Virus record (IMG/VR): IMGVR_UViG_3300026206_000005
Coordinates: 1-26,889 of that record
DNA from: a virus
Lineage: Duplodnaviria; Caudoviricetes
DNA: 26,889 nucleotides
Strand: one strand, 5' to 3'
Of the stretch, positions 16,301 through 22,660 are shown piece after piece. A program made the translations under genes and the position numbers. The notes beneath the pieces are model-generated. The model ran no database searches, was not told the DNA's origin, and saw only the letters and a program-made list of their open reading frames with translations. The first letter of the stretch is position 1; each line of letters begins with the position of its first letter.

Positions 16301-17645
16301 GGAACTCTCTTCTTCTCATGTCTATGTGCTCCCCAGTCGCGCTAGGAGCAACTTCTTGAGCTGGCCCTTGGGGTAATGCAGGTAGGTTAGGTATTCCACC
16401 TGGCGCGATAGGGGGAGTTCTGATTGCTTTAACTATATCAACAGCGGCTGGAGGAATAGCCATTGCCCCACCAGATACACCACCGCCTAAACCTTCTAAT
16501 GCAACTTCTCCACCAAAGCCTGGAAAATTATCTGGCCCTTGATCTATAGCATGTAATGCACCAAATTCGCCAGCCATTTCACCGCCAGCTTGTAACGGTA
16601 TCGCAGCCCCTCTTCTTGTTAAGCTTTGAGCTAAGTTAGTTGTTGGGCCTCCTAGTTTTAATAACTTACCCATGCCAAAGCCGACAACCCCCTCTATACC
16701 AGCATGAGCCATGCCATACGTTCTTGCGTCGTCTAATACCTTGTTTAAAAACTCTGGTTGATCCATTAACATCGCTATTTGCTGCGGATTACTAGGATCT
16801 ACACCATATTTTTCTAAGGCTTGAGAAATACCAAATAATTGATTTATTGCATAACCGCCACCAGCGGCAGCAGCAGCGCCACCTACGCCACCGGTTGCAA
16901 TCGCAGCTAAACCAGAAAGAACTATTAGCGGAGAACTCTCCCCTACAGACTGAGCGGTTAATTGCATTGCTGCCTTAGGATTGTCTATAAAGGATTGAAC
17001 ACTGTTTAAAAACCCCTCACTTTTCATTATATTTTCAAGACCTGCAACATCATATTGCGGGCTTTTAGCTTGGTGTTCTTTTAATTCTTGAGTTGTACCA
17101 ACTAAATTATTAATAACTGTTTCAGGATCTAATCGGCGATCTCCAGCTTCCTGCATAGCAGTAGCTTGTGCTCTACCACGATATAAATTCTCGATCTCTG
17201 TTGGAACGCCTCGAGGGTAGTTTTCTGATTCCCAAGCATATTGCTCTTCAGAAGATATATCATCCCAATTTGCAGGGCGCTCATATCCAGGTATTGTAAA
17301 GGCTTGTTTTTCTAATTCAGAATTATTTATGATATCAACATACTGTTTATAATTTGCATAATCCTGAGCATCTTCTATTGCTTGCCCTTGAACAAATCTC
17401 TTAGGAAGTCTTTGAGCACCGTGTACAAAGTGAGCACCCAAGTTCCAATCTACATTTGGATTATTTTTTACAGTATTAACTACAGCAGATTCTGCGCGGT
17501 ACTTTTGAAGGTGGGGATTATGCTCGTAAGGGTTTGGAACACCCTCTTCAGCAGAATTAGGAGAGGCATGAGATGCATTTGCTACATCCATTTGATCTTG
17601 TTCGAGGTCTTTTACATACTCCTCGATTAAGAATAGATTAGGCAC
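10317..17645 (-). CDS. Giant internal virion / DNA-ejection protein with zincin-like (HExxH) domain and C-terminal HeH-like repeats
   Basis: 2,442 aa; last gene of the structural arm, after the nozzle and two smaller Ala/Gly-rich proteins. Hydrophobic Gly/Ala N-terminal region, acidic coiled coil, LQHEITH...ELLAY and a helical C-terminal region. Confidence 0.75.
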   Translation of the reverse strand: MPNLFLIEEYVKDLEQDQMDVANASHASPNSAEEGVPNPYEHNPHLQKYRAESAVVNTVKNNPNVDWNLGAHFVHGAQRLPKRFVQGQAIEDAQDYANYKQYVDIINNSELEKQAFTIPGYERPANWDDISSEEQYAWESENYPRGVPTEIENLYRGRAQATAMQEAGDRRLDPETVINNLVGTTQELKEHQAKSPQYDVAGLENIMKSEGFLNSVQSFIDNPKAAMQLTAQSVGESSPLIVLSGLAAIATGGVGGAAAAAGGGYAINQLFGISQALEKYGVDPSNPQQIAMLMDQPEFLNKVLDDARTYGMAHAGIEGVVGFGMGKLLKLGGPTTNLAQSLTRRGAAIPLQAGGEMAGEFGALHAIDQGPDNFPGFGGEVALEGLGGGVSGGAMAIPPAAVDIVKAIRTPPIAPGGIPNLPALPQGPAQEVAPSATGEHIDMRRREFLRKARDMAQAAATVRPTDLLPDLAPEAAVSAPVQAGLPATLVRFDYANPPLWSAYNFDVSGWKDQYPGETTGFEHTIDVEFNPDNGIVTVYDASYSGAPDIGMEVVGEVHISELIPDYVESQEVSQIDVDKAIMAYVKDNFSTNAVGDELRPVFTNVERDFDNTGDDGGPMRYEEIENYDYMNRPYDRAFEILGTDGFGFRKEPISQSRPGPLIQNNIGQIQNLRDQNDPDRAPGTKIRQEFDKEQKILEERERRRQPIQNNVELVQELRDQEDNTNKRKREAMRAFDEKQQEIEEIARTKELTDKIPGLNELDQQLKSARDRLKSLEAGIPPEGFEDDYSAEEIAEDIEIEKNNIEAIEEEIAIKKAEPLEGEIIREEKETRPLFEESRIPELEEYLVRQEKFLKLLQRQTPDTDLYPTEKEYNKQLEEIDKEIEEQKQHIKDTQRDIEEHKKIVKEDTPTVDAAVSTEPETTNAYQDPEAKVIDEKKTAGKRKYVFFGKEHLPGIDYKRIIKKLNLRGRDTAEVHVEFAYVPNLDDKFTILIADEFIAGSKGKFGMAKERLLHGNYRIVINLARFDETGITEVIGEQATRLGISPEELMEKIGKEKLQEYAIRSVLQHEITHVNHFAWERAILDRTGTNFSEKELGKFRRELYKAYRKEMIDFMRKDENAFLRLGLSTLSIEGKPVIIESNEEAIEFLDMLMRDAAKPAATSSERLEASKRVWNMFSELLAYQSDSMNTETWVTKFKRVVKMILAKVGINVGKNDLNDLVDNLYSTGAVRENLTATKILRGEKAVLSEEEKLTARAREIKAKMEAPRGESAIVNPDKFKYANEILRNNNVSEDVIKDITKTLSTEERIAPVSDLMIPLESVFSLKYPAKDLQQRLKHLAKTNLEEYLNLVSFTETAERLYNLDIEEYTGREDINTGNAIHDLEEQIVGILGPVEIEEDAGPEYSDESTWLNAWSEPKKKGLPKKRTIEEAFGDAVNNQTGVNPDNEQQYNETGAAYTSPSSQEQTKADDAAQQEYTGSDETSRPKARERTTLRSLWGFLYSQAAQTVRRHSGASKTAGVVADTVLRAPHHKLREKETKSGRDYVQKKSMALGEFRFEIQQQIDALTNRGGVISRKINQQLTDFFSRGIIPENGKVAEAAEKLKVAVEKIYAWSDKTGKKHTEDFSLRPLDGGVFPRVFDVDKVASPEGRRKLMDLLNGIGIVDDAANEKYDATDAYNIILSSGGFVSGDFTIKARLDGESSIKSQQELFEKIEREISREQLEDLLLNDYQAIIPRFIDKAIEKTVYAELFGHRNENLNKLKRDIRKEVAEHNRKNAGTTLINVEDIIKDIDELMDIINHRYKVNTIPTRGRKVLQSAMNATTMASLTLVSLASMPEFLTATALGTKNPAKFATNILGASTFAVLRGLNGMHKLLTGKAMKGYFNPKTRMGKRAAMLRQLGLYDLANLGEAAAQRYVGPSFIKAGVGSTGNSFPIKALYRLYGLGNLEKGRFRARQVRAMLNMDVYFEVTALTTMTQMQQLMALTNLNQNIVADAKALSKAKRGKGFKLDSTVAQIKSNLKYLGLSNSEINELVRWYDAGHRQIHDVPPEFKLDLAGPAHRFVQSVVTLPSEGSLPKVFRDPRFAPFLLFKSFITTFANTFINTIAQRVRFAEGKGVSKKYQQSKQIAGMFGTAAAMYGAVQFAQAIAYLIKYGEDEDPWEEKAPDWAKFIQDFERTGLMGPLGSVAVQIGTPNYWSWQGKDPYDDMLDYIIGPMGKQFRNIGKAGADVAQGKELDLEGRLARAIPLTKSKPIREALGADPYYTKDKKGKLIRKRTLEKREEKKAATKEAKRQKLLDSITNDAAKRIKLSKDQIVDMDRRELDKHMRTKLGFNPDGRKSKASMINQYLKSQGADQSSFLKSEESESYKRKHEALQKVRESAKERYKGMTADERRKEYLSTNSMSKKEFDEYVEVEFGILLDGRKSRDDMNKQFHEVTKGWLKN

Positions 17646-17650
17646 TTTTA

Positions 17651-19111
17651 TTATCTACCTTGGAAACCGAGACCGCCGTAACCATAAGGAGGATAACTTG
17701 ACGACGTTGACTGATCGATAGGTGTCGATTTTATTTTTGTTTTAGACGGCTTGAACTTACCAACTAAATCGGCTCCATAACCTAGCATTTGAGCGGCTGG
17801 GAACATAACTGATTGTTGACCGTGAAGAGTTAATGGTTTTGATTGCGCAATTCTGTCTAACTGCCCTTGTGATGCTAATCTACCAGCAATGTCTGCATAT
17901 TGAGAATCTTTTAAACTAGTATTAATATTAGTTCTAGACAAATCTAAACCAAGAGCGGCCAGATCTATACCCAACCCTTTATCATCTATGTCCAACCCTT
18001 TACGATCTATGTCCAACCCTTTACGATCTATGTCTAATTCGTCTTCACTCAACGCGACACCCTTATTTCTTAAACCAGCCGCGGCTAAACTCTGATCTGC
18101 TCCAGCTAATCCCATTTCTCTGTTTATTTTGTCTTGCTGTGCATTAACTCCGGACTGCGCAATATCTATACCAGCTAAAGGATCTGTTGATTCACTCATA
18201 GCTTCAGCAAACGCAGCTATCTCCGCCTTTCTAGAATCTCTAGCATAAGCTTCTGGACCTGAGGCAGCAGCAAAGTCTACACCATACCTTGATCCACCAA
18301 CTGTAGTGCCAGGGGCTGCTGCAATTAATGGATCTGTGAATGCTTTAGCTTCATCCTCGTAATCACCGGCTCTAGCGGTTAAAGAGTTTAGATAGTTTTC
18401 AACATCACGAACAGATCTGCCACCTACCTTAGCGGCTTCTTCCTCTGCTTGTTTTACAGCGCCTACTCCAGCTCTTTCTGTAGCTGCTGCGGCGCCTGCG
18501 ACATCAAACTCTTTGTCTTTTAGCGCAAGTTGATCTTCGTGTATATCTACTCTATCTTCGCCTAAATCTACTCTATCTTTGCTTAAATCTACTCTATCTT
18601 TGTCTAAATCTACTTTATCTTTGCCAAGACCTATACCTGTTCTATCTAATCCTATACTTGATTTAGCTAAACCCAACTGTGTACCGGCATTACCAAGTTG
18701 TCTGGCACGTTCACCTGCCTTTACTCCAAACTCTGCAGAATTCCTTGCTTCCCACTGTCTTTTAGTCCTCTCTGCTTCATCCCACTCTTTGTAGGTTTGG
18801 TACAGAGCAGCTAACATATGACCAGTTTGTAATACAAACTCTGCATTGTCCATCCAACCCCTTGCCTCACGTAGAGTGTTCCAATCGGCATCACTCTTAA
18901 TCTGGGCAGTCCGCATGGCAATGTCTGCTTTGGTCTGGGCTGCAATAGCAACAGCAGTAGCAGCGGTTCCTGGATCATAAACGACTATGTAGTTAATCCA
19001 AGGCTCGGCTTTAGCTTTTATGAATTCATCATTTTCAAACCTTGAGGGTTTTCTCGTAGATACGCTATCTACAGATCCGTCCCAACTCATATCGTTCATG
19101 GTTGCAAACAT
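17651..19111 (-). CDS. Internal virion (ejection) protein with heptad repeats
   Basis: Ala-rich, with two blocks of 7-aa repeats; lies between the nozzle and the giant protein. ATG 19111 with AGGT upstream (track start TTG 19117). Confidence 0.65.
   Translation of the reverse strand: MFATMNDMSWDGSVDSVSTRKPSRFENDEFIKAKAEPWINYIVVYDPGTAATAVAIAAQTKADIAMRTAQIKSDADWNTLREARGWMDNAEFVLQTGHMLAALYQTYKEWDEAERTKRQWEARNSAEFGVKAGERARQLGNAGTQLGLAKSSIGLDRTGIGLGKDKVDLDKDRVDLSKDRVDLGEDRVDIHEDQLALKDKEFDVAGAAAATERAGVGAVKQAEEEAAKVGGRSVRDVENYLNSLTARAGDYEDEAKAFTDPLIAAAPGTTVGGSRYGVDFAAASGPEAYARDSRKAEIAAFAEAMSESTDPLAGIDIAQSGVNAQQDKINREMGLAGADQSLAAAGLRNKGVALSEDELDIDRKGLDIDRKGLDIDDKGLGIDLAALGLDLSRTNINTSLKDSQYADIAGRLASQGQLDRIAQSKPLTLHGQQSVMFPAAQMLGYGADLVGKFKPSKTKIKSTPIDQSTSSSYPPYGYGGLGFQGR
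17963..18034. repeat. 21-bp coding tandem repeat (about 3.4 copies)
   Basis: ATCTATGTCCAACCCTTTACG twice exactly, plus variant and partial copies; encodes DRKGLDI. Confidence 0.9.
18545..18628. repeat. 21-bp coding tandem repeat (4 copies)
   Basis: ATCTACTCTATCTTTGYYTAA-like units at 18545, 18566, 18587 and 18608; encodes DRVDLxK. Confidence 0.9.
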
Positions 19112-19122
19112 TATCAAATTAC

Positions 19123-19662
19123 CTAAAGTATGTATTTCCTAGGTGCTGCACGATAGTTAACACCGGCAGCATCTGGTGTCCCTGAGTCAAGAGCATATTT
19201 GCGACCAGTAGATGGCCCTGGAGTATAACCACCAGCAAATGCTGATGTACCGGGTCTACCTGCTACGCTACCTTTGAACAAACCAACCCCACCGGGAGTT
19301 CCGATCTTACCAACCTGTGCTAACTTATACAATTCTGGTGCCAGAGATTCAAAATCGTTTCTTCCAGTTCGCATACCGGCAATAGCCTGGTTAGCAAGGT
19401 CTTCTCTCGCTGTTATATCTTGAGTTGCCAAATCTCTTAGGGATTGAGCATGGGCTGATCCGCCGTGAGTTCTTTTTCTAGCATACTGTTGAGTAGCTCT
19501 TGTTTCCGCAGCTTCTTTAGCTCTATTAAGTTGGTCTGCACCTATACCATATTGTTTTTTTGCAACATCCTGAAGTCCCGCATAAACGTTTGCTGCTGGT
19601 GAGCCGCCAAAAATACTGCTAACAGCTGTGTTGCCCGTTGTGATTCTGTCTCTTAAAGCCAT
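19123..19662 (-). CDS. Putative internal virion protein
   Basis: 179 aa, Ala/Gly/Gln-rich and helical; coupled to the nozzle gene by a TAATG overlap. Confidence 0.6.
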   Translation of the reverse strand: MALRDRITTGNTAVSSIFGGSPAANVYAGLQDVAKKQYGIGADQLNRAKEAAETRATQQYARKRTHGGSAHAQSLRDLATQDITAREDLANQAIAGMRTGRNDFESLAPELYKLAQVGKIGTPGGVGLFKGSVAGRPGTSAFAGGYTPGPSTGRKYALDSGTPDAAGVNYRAAPRKYIL

Positions 19663-21113
19663 TAGAAGATACCAAGTTCGTTGAAGTATAGGGTTAAACC
19701 ACTAAATAACATATCGGTATTAGCGGTTTGGGTTATTTTGAAACCAACCTCTGTTGTTACCAATTCTACCGGTAACAAGAGTCCAGGTCTAGAATCTCCC
19801 GAAATGCCTTGCGCAGTTGTAAATGTTGTAGGCGCGCGGGAGTCGTACTTGTATTGTACATCGGCAGCACCCTCGACCAGTGCGTCGGCTCCAAATATTT
19901 GCTTCCATAATCCAGACTTTTTCAAGGTCTGAAACGAGCTTTCCATGGAAACTGCTATCGATGATGTTGTAGCATCTGATTTTGTGTCTTGATAAGACGA
20001 CGGATTAAAGCAGAATATATAATCATTAGATCTTATGTACAAGTAATTTCTAAATGATGTTATATCTTGTATAGTTTCTGGCATCGAATAACGAGACCAA
20101 GCAGCCAGTTTATTTGATTGAGAAAAAGAATAAACATATATCTGTTTTTCGATTACACACACATACTGGTTTAATCCTGAGAAGTAAATAGATTTAGGTT
20201 CGTTAGATGCTGCATACGTGTCTATCTGACTAGATACTAACGGCTTTATACTTGACCCAATATCTACAGATTGTAATGTATCGGTATATAGTTTTTGAGC
20301 TAAAGATTCGAACGTTAGATCGTTAAGATATATGACATCTGTTCCAGCATTACCTACAGAATTCAAATACTTTAAATTAGCATTCTCTATTATTGTAACA
20401 AGTTCTATTAACGCAGGGTCTGGATCAGTTTTCCAGAGCTGTAAAGTATTTTCCATGAAAACAGCAAGCTGATCTTTGAATGAGAAAACACCTATTAAAT
20501 CTTCGTCAGGAGTCTCTTGTCCTGCTGGAATTCCTAAAGTTCCACTAGCATCTCTAATCTTTGACCAATCTGTCGGGTCACCAGTAGCTGAATACTTGAT
20601 AAAACCTTTTCCAGAGGCATTCTCATCTATTGCGTATATCTTAGAGTCGTGGACACATGCTGACTTAGTATGTGGGCATCCAGAATCTGTTATAACGGTA
20701 CCATCGTAGAAATGCTTTATTGTACCGCTATCATATTCTACTACAACGTACAATTTTCTATTAAATGGTAAGAATTGCCAAACTCTAGCGACAGTGTCAG
20801 ACCCATTATCTGGGTTAGCCAACACAAGCCTAACCACATCATTAACAGGTGGTACACCATAACCTACAAGCGTTGGAACAGACCCAGATGTATGACTAAT
20901 TACATACAGTTTTGAATCGAAGTAGAACAAGCCAGCGTTGTCAGTTCCCAAAGAGGTAGCACTAATGAGATCTAAGCCTGGTCGTTTTTGAACAGCAAAA
21001 CCACCAGTTATATAAGCATTATTGCATTCTCTTAGTCCATCAGAGTCGACCACTTGATCCGATGTTCTGAGATCTATTCCACTTTGGAAATTTTGAAACG
21101 TTATAGCTGGCAC
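19662..21113 (-). CDS. Tail nozzle / packaged-DNA stabilisation protein (P22 gp10 / tail tubular B-like)
   Basis: N-terminal F..GID.R...NAY.....VQKRPG, YS...DPTDW and AAWSRY; beta-propeller-like composition; synteny with ejection proteins. Confidence 0.75.
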   Translation of the reverse strand: MPAITFQNFQSGIDLRTSDQVVDSDGLRECNNAYITGGFAVQKRPGLDLISATSLGTDNAGLFYFDSKLYVISHTSGSVPTLVGYGVPPVNDVVRLVLANPDNGSDTVARVWQFLPFNRKLYVVVEYDSGTIKHFYDGTVITDSGCPHTKSACVHDSKIYAIDENASGKGFIKYSATGDPTDWSKIRDASGTLGIPAGQETPDEDLIGVFSFKDQLAVFMENTLQLWKTDPDPALIELVTIIENANLKYLNSVGNAGTDVIYLNDLTFESLAQKLYTDTLQSVDIGSSIKPLVSSQIDTYAASNEPKSIYFSGLNQYVCVIEKQIYVYSFSQSNKLAAWSRYSMPETIQDITSFRNYLYIRSNDYIFCFNPSSYQDTKSDATTSSIAVSMESSFQTLKKSGLWKQIFGADALVEGAADVQYKYDSRAPTTFTTAQGISGDSRPGLLLPVELVTTEVGFKITQTANTDMLFSGLTLYFNELGIF

Positions 21114-21488
21114 TTACTTTTTCTTCCTCTCCAGCGGTCCAGGCAATATCCATCCGATTATCATTGGTGCTACGAATATTAGTAGTAATGCCCATCCTCC
21201 TATTTCAACCAATGATTGCATGATTGTCCATATATTGTCTGGCGCACAGTCCATATCAATTCCCCTCATCCTCGTATCCATCATCGTTTCCGTCACTACA
21301 TCGGTCACAAAAGCACTCGTCATGGCACCCGCTATCGGCGCAAGTGCACCCCCCGATAAGACAGTACCCGCAGTCGCACCTATCGCCGCCCCTGTTGCTA
21401 CTACCGTTGCTTTTTTTATGGTCGTGCATCCTACGAGTCCAAGTACAGTAACAAGAGTAAGATGTCTGCTACGCCAAGGAGTACGCAT
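21114..21488 (-). CDS. Lipoprotein with glycine zipper and C-terminal TM helix (u-spanin candidate)
   Basis: Lipobox LVG|C21; GAAIGATAGTVLSGG; C-terminal GWALLLIFVAPMIIGWIL followed by RKKK. Confidence 0.65.
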   Translation of the reverse strand: MRTPWRSRHLTLVTVLGLVGCTTIKKATVVATGAAIGATAGTVLSGGALAPIAGAMTSAFVTDVVTETMMDTRMRGIDMDCAPDNIWTIMQSLVEIGGWALLLIFVAPMIIGWILPGPLERKKK

Positions 21489-21525
21489 AGTATTGTATGG
21501 TACGCTGTCCAGATAATATCATGTT

Positions 21526-21624
21526 TCACACAATCTCCTGTATCACTCCGATAACTATTACAACCGCTACAACCACAACAACAATCTTCCATTGGTTAGT
21601 TAAACCTTCCCATAAATTTTTCAT
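21526..21624 (-). CDS. 32-aa single-pass membrane peptide (not in ORF track)
   Basis: MKNLWEGLTNQWKIVVVVVAVVIVIGVIQEIV; RBS AGGA; ATGA overlap with the upstream ORF. Confidence 0.7.
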   Translation of the reverse strand: MKNLWEGLTNQWKIVVVVVAVVIVIGVIQEIV

Positions 21625-21794
21625 CTTTGTTTCCTATGTTGATTTAAACGCTGTTCTATTGGGAAATGCTTGGCCTCATAAGCTTCGATAAGCGTGACCG
21701 TAACATCCAGCTTTTCACCTTCGGGTGTGTCAGGGTCAGCCATCATCAGGCTTTCAATTTCTTTTAATGCCGCTTCATACTCGCGGTAGGTCAT
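21621..21794 (-). CDS. HigA antitoxin N-terminal-domain-like protein, no HTH (57 aa; not in ORF track)
   Basis: MTYREYEAALKEIESLMMADPDTPEGEKLDVTVTLIEAYEAKHFPIEQRLNQHRKQR matches the HigA N-terminal pattern Y.AAL.EI..LM.A.PDTPEG..LD.L.TL.EAYE.KH.P. ATGA overlaps at both ends. Confidence 0.8.
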   Translation of the reverse strand: MTYREYEAALKEIESLMMADPDTPEGEKLDVTVTLIEAYEAKHFPIEQRLNQHRKQR

Positions 21795-22057
21795 TTGTTT
21801 AATCCAAATGCACTTCCAGTCAGTATAGCACCAAACGCTAAATGAAAAATGCCACCTCCCATCAAAGTGAATGGTGAATGTTGGCCTGTCATTTTCTTCA
21901 TCAGTTCAAGTTGTATCAGTGGGTCCCCAACCGTATTAAGTATCTCAATAAATGTTCCCAAATCGGGCCTGTTCAGTCCATACCAAATTGGAACAACCAT
22001 AAAATCGTACAAGCAAATAACGAGGTAGACGCCGAGTGCAGTCCATCTCCAATACAT
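21791..22057 (-). CDS. Putative holin (GTA 3TM holin-like)
   Basis: Two hydrophobic segments; WR.....Y..IC..DF...P and P.TL.GGG.FHLAFGAIL pattern. Confidence 0.6.
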   Translation of the reverse strand: MYWRWTALGVYLVICLYDFMVVPIWYGLNRPDLGTFIEILNTVGDPLIQLELMKKMTGQHSPFTLMGGGIFHLAFGAILTGSAFGLNK

Positions 22058-22063
22058 CGCACT

Positions 22064-22288
22064 TTAGTTTAACCACTTTGTTAAAACACTTGCGCCGCCC
22101 GCGGAAAGACCTACGGTGGCGAGTAAAATTCCTAAACCCATTCCTCGACCCCTTTCCATCTGCGCTTCTACCGCTCGTAAGCGCCTGTTTGATTCCTCAA
22201 TCTGATTAGAGAGGGATTCCACTTGGGCAATCAATTTACCAATTTCTACTGGATCAATATCCAAGGGGCAACCCTCCGGCACGGCCAT
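22064..22288 (-). CDS. Coiled-coil protein with C-terminal TM helix (XhlA-like / lysis accessory)
   Basis: Heptad region IGKLIAQVESL...VEAQM followed by GMGLGILLATVGLSAGG. Confidence 0.6.
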   Translation of the reverse strand: MAVPEGCPLDIDPVEIGKLIAQVESLSNQIEESNRRLRAVEAQMERGRGMGLGILLATVGLSAGGASVLTKWLN

Positions 22289-22659
22289 TATATTTCTGTG
22301 CCGTCTGGTTTTTTCTCAGGGAAAATCGGCTCAGGATTCACCACAAATCCGAACCCGTCTGGGGATGTGCCTGACCACGCTAGGCAATGCTCTGTTTCAT
22401 TTTTTCCTGTGCGAGAAACCACAACAGATGTTGAGGTGTGATCCTCGTTTGCGAAGATTGTGATGGTTGTCGTTGCTGACATCTCCATTACCGCAACACC
22501 AGACTCGCCCCATGTGTCGCTGATGATCTCTGCCATTCGTGACATGGTTGGAACACAGTAGAGTTTGATTTGCACCACTTGTGGTTGCACATCATCGGGT
22601 GGTTCTATAGCCAGCACAGGCGCGGCGAATAGGGCCAGGATGAGTGCGAGCACTCTCAT
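22288..22659 (-). CDS. Exported protein with Sec signal peptide
   Basis: MRVLALILALFAAPVLA|IE; two Cys in a beta-rich mature domain. Confidence 0.7.
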   Translation of the reverse strand: MRVLALILALFAAPVLAIEPPDDVQPQVVQIKLYCVPTMSRMAEIISDTWGESGVAVMEMSATTTITIFANEDHTSTSVVVSRTGKNETEHCLAWSGTSPDGFGFVVNPEPIFPEKKPDGTEI

Positions 22660-22660
22660 G

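Noticed and set aside
10317-17645. Virion RNA polymerase or tape-measure protein
   Set aside because: No DxDGD-type or T7-type polymerase motif was seen; no tail tube or tail chaperone genes; the nozzle plus ejection-protein synteny indicates a podovirus.
17963-18628. CRISPR array
   Set aside because: The repeats are head-to-tail 21-mers without spacers and encode in-frame heptads.
10337-21691. Short + strand ORFs within the structural arm
   Set aside because: Antisense shadows of long - strand genes with no recognisable motifs.
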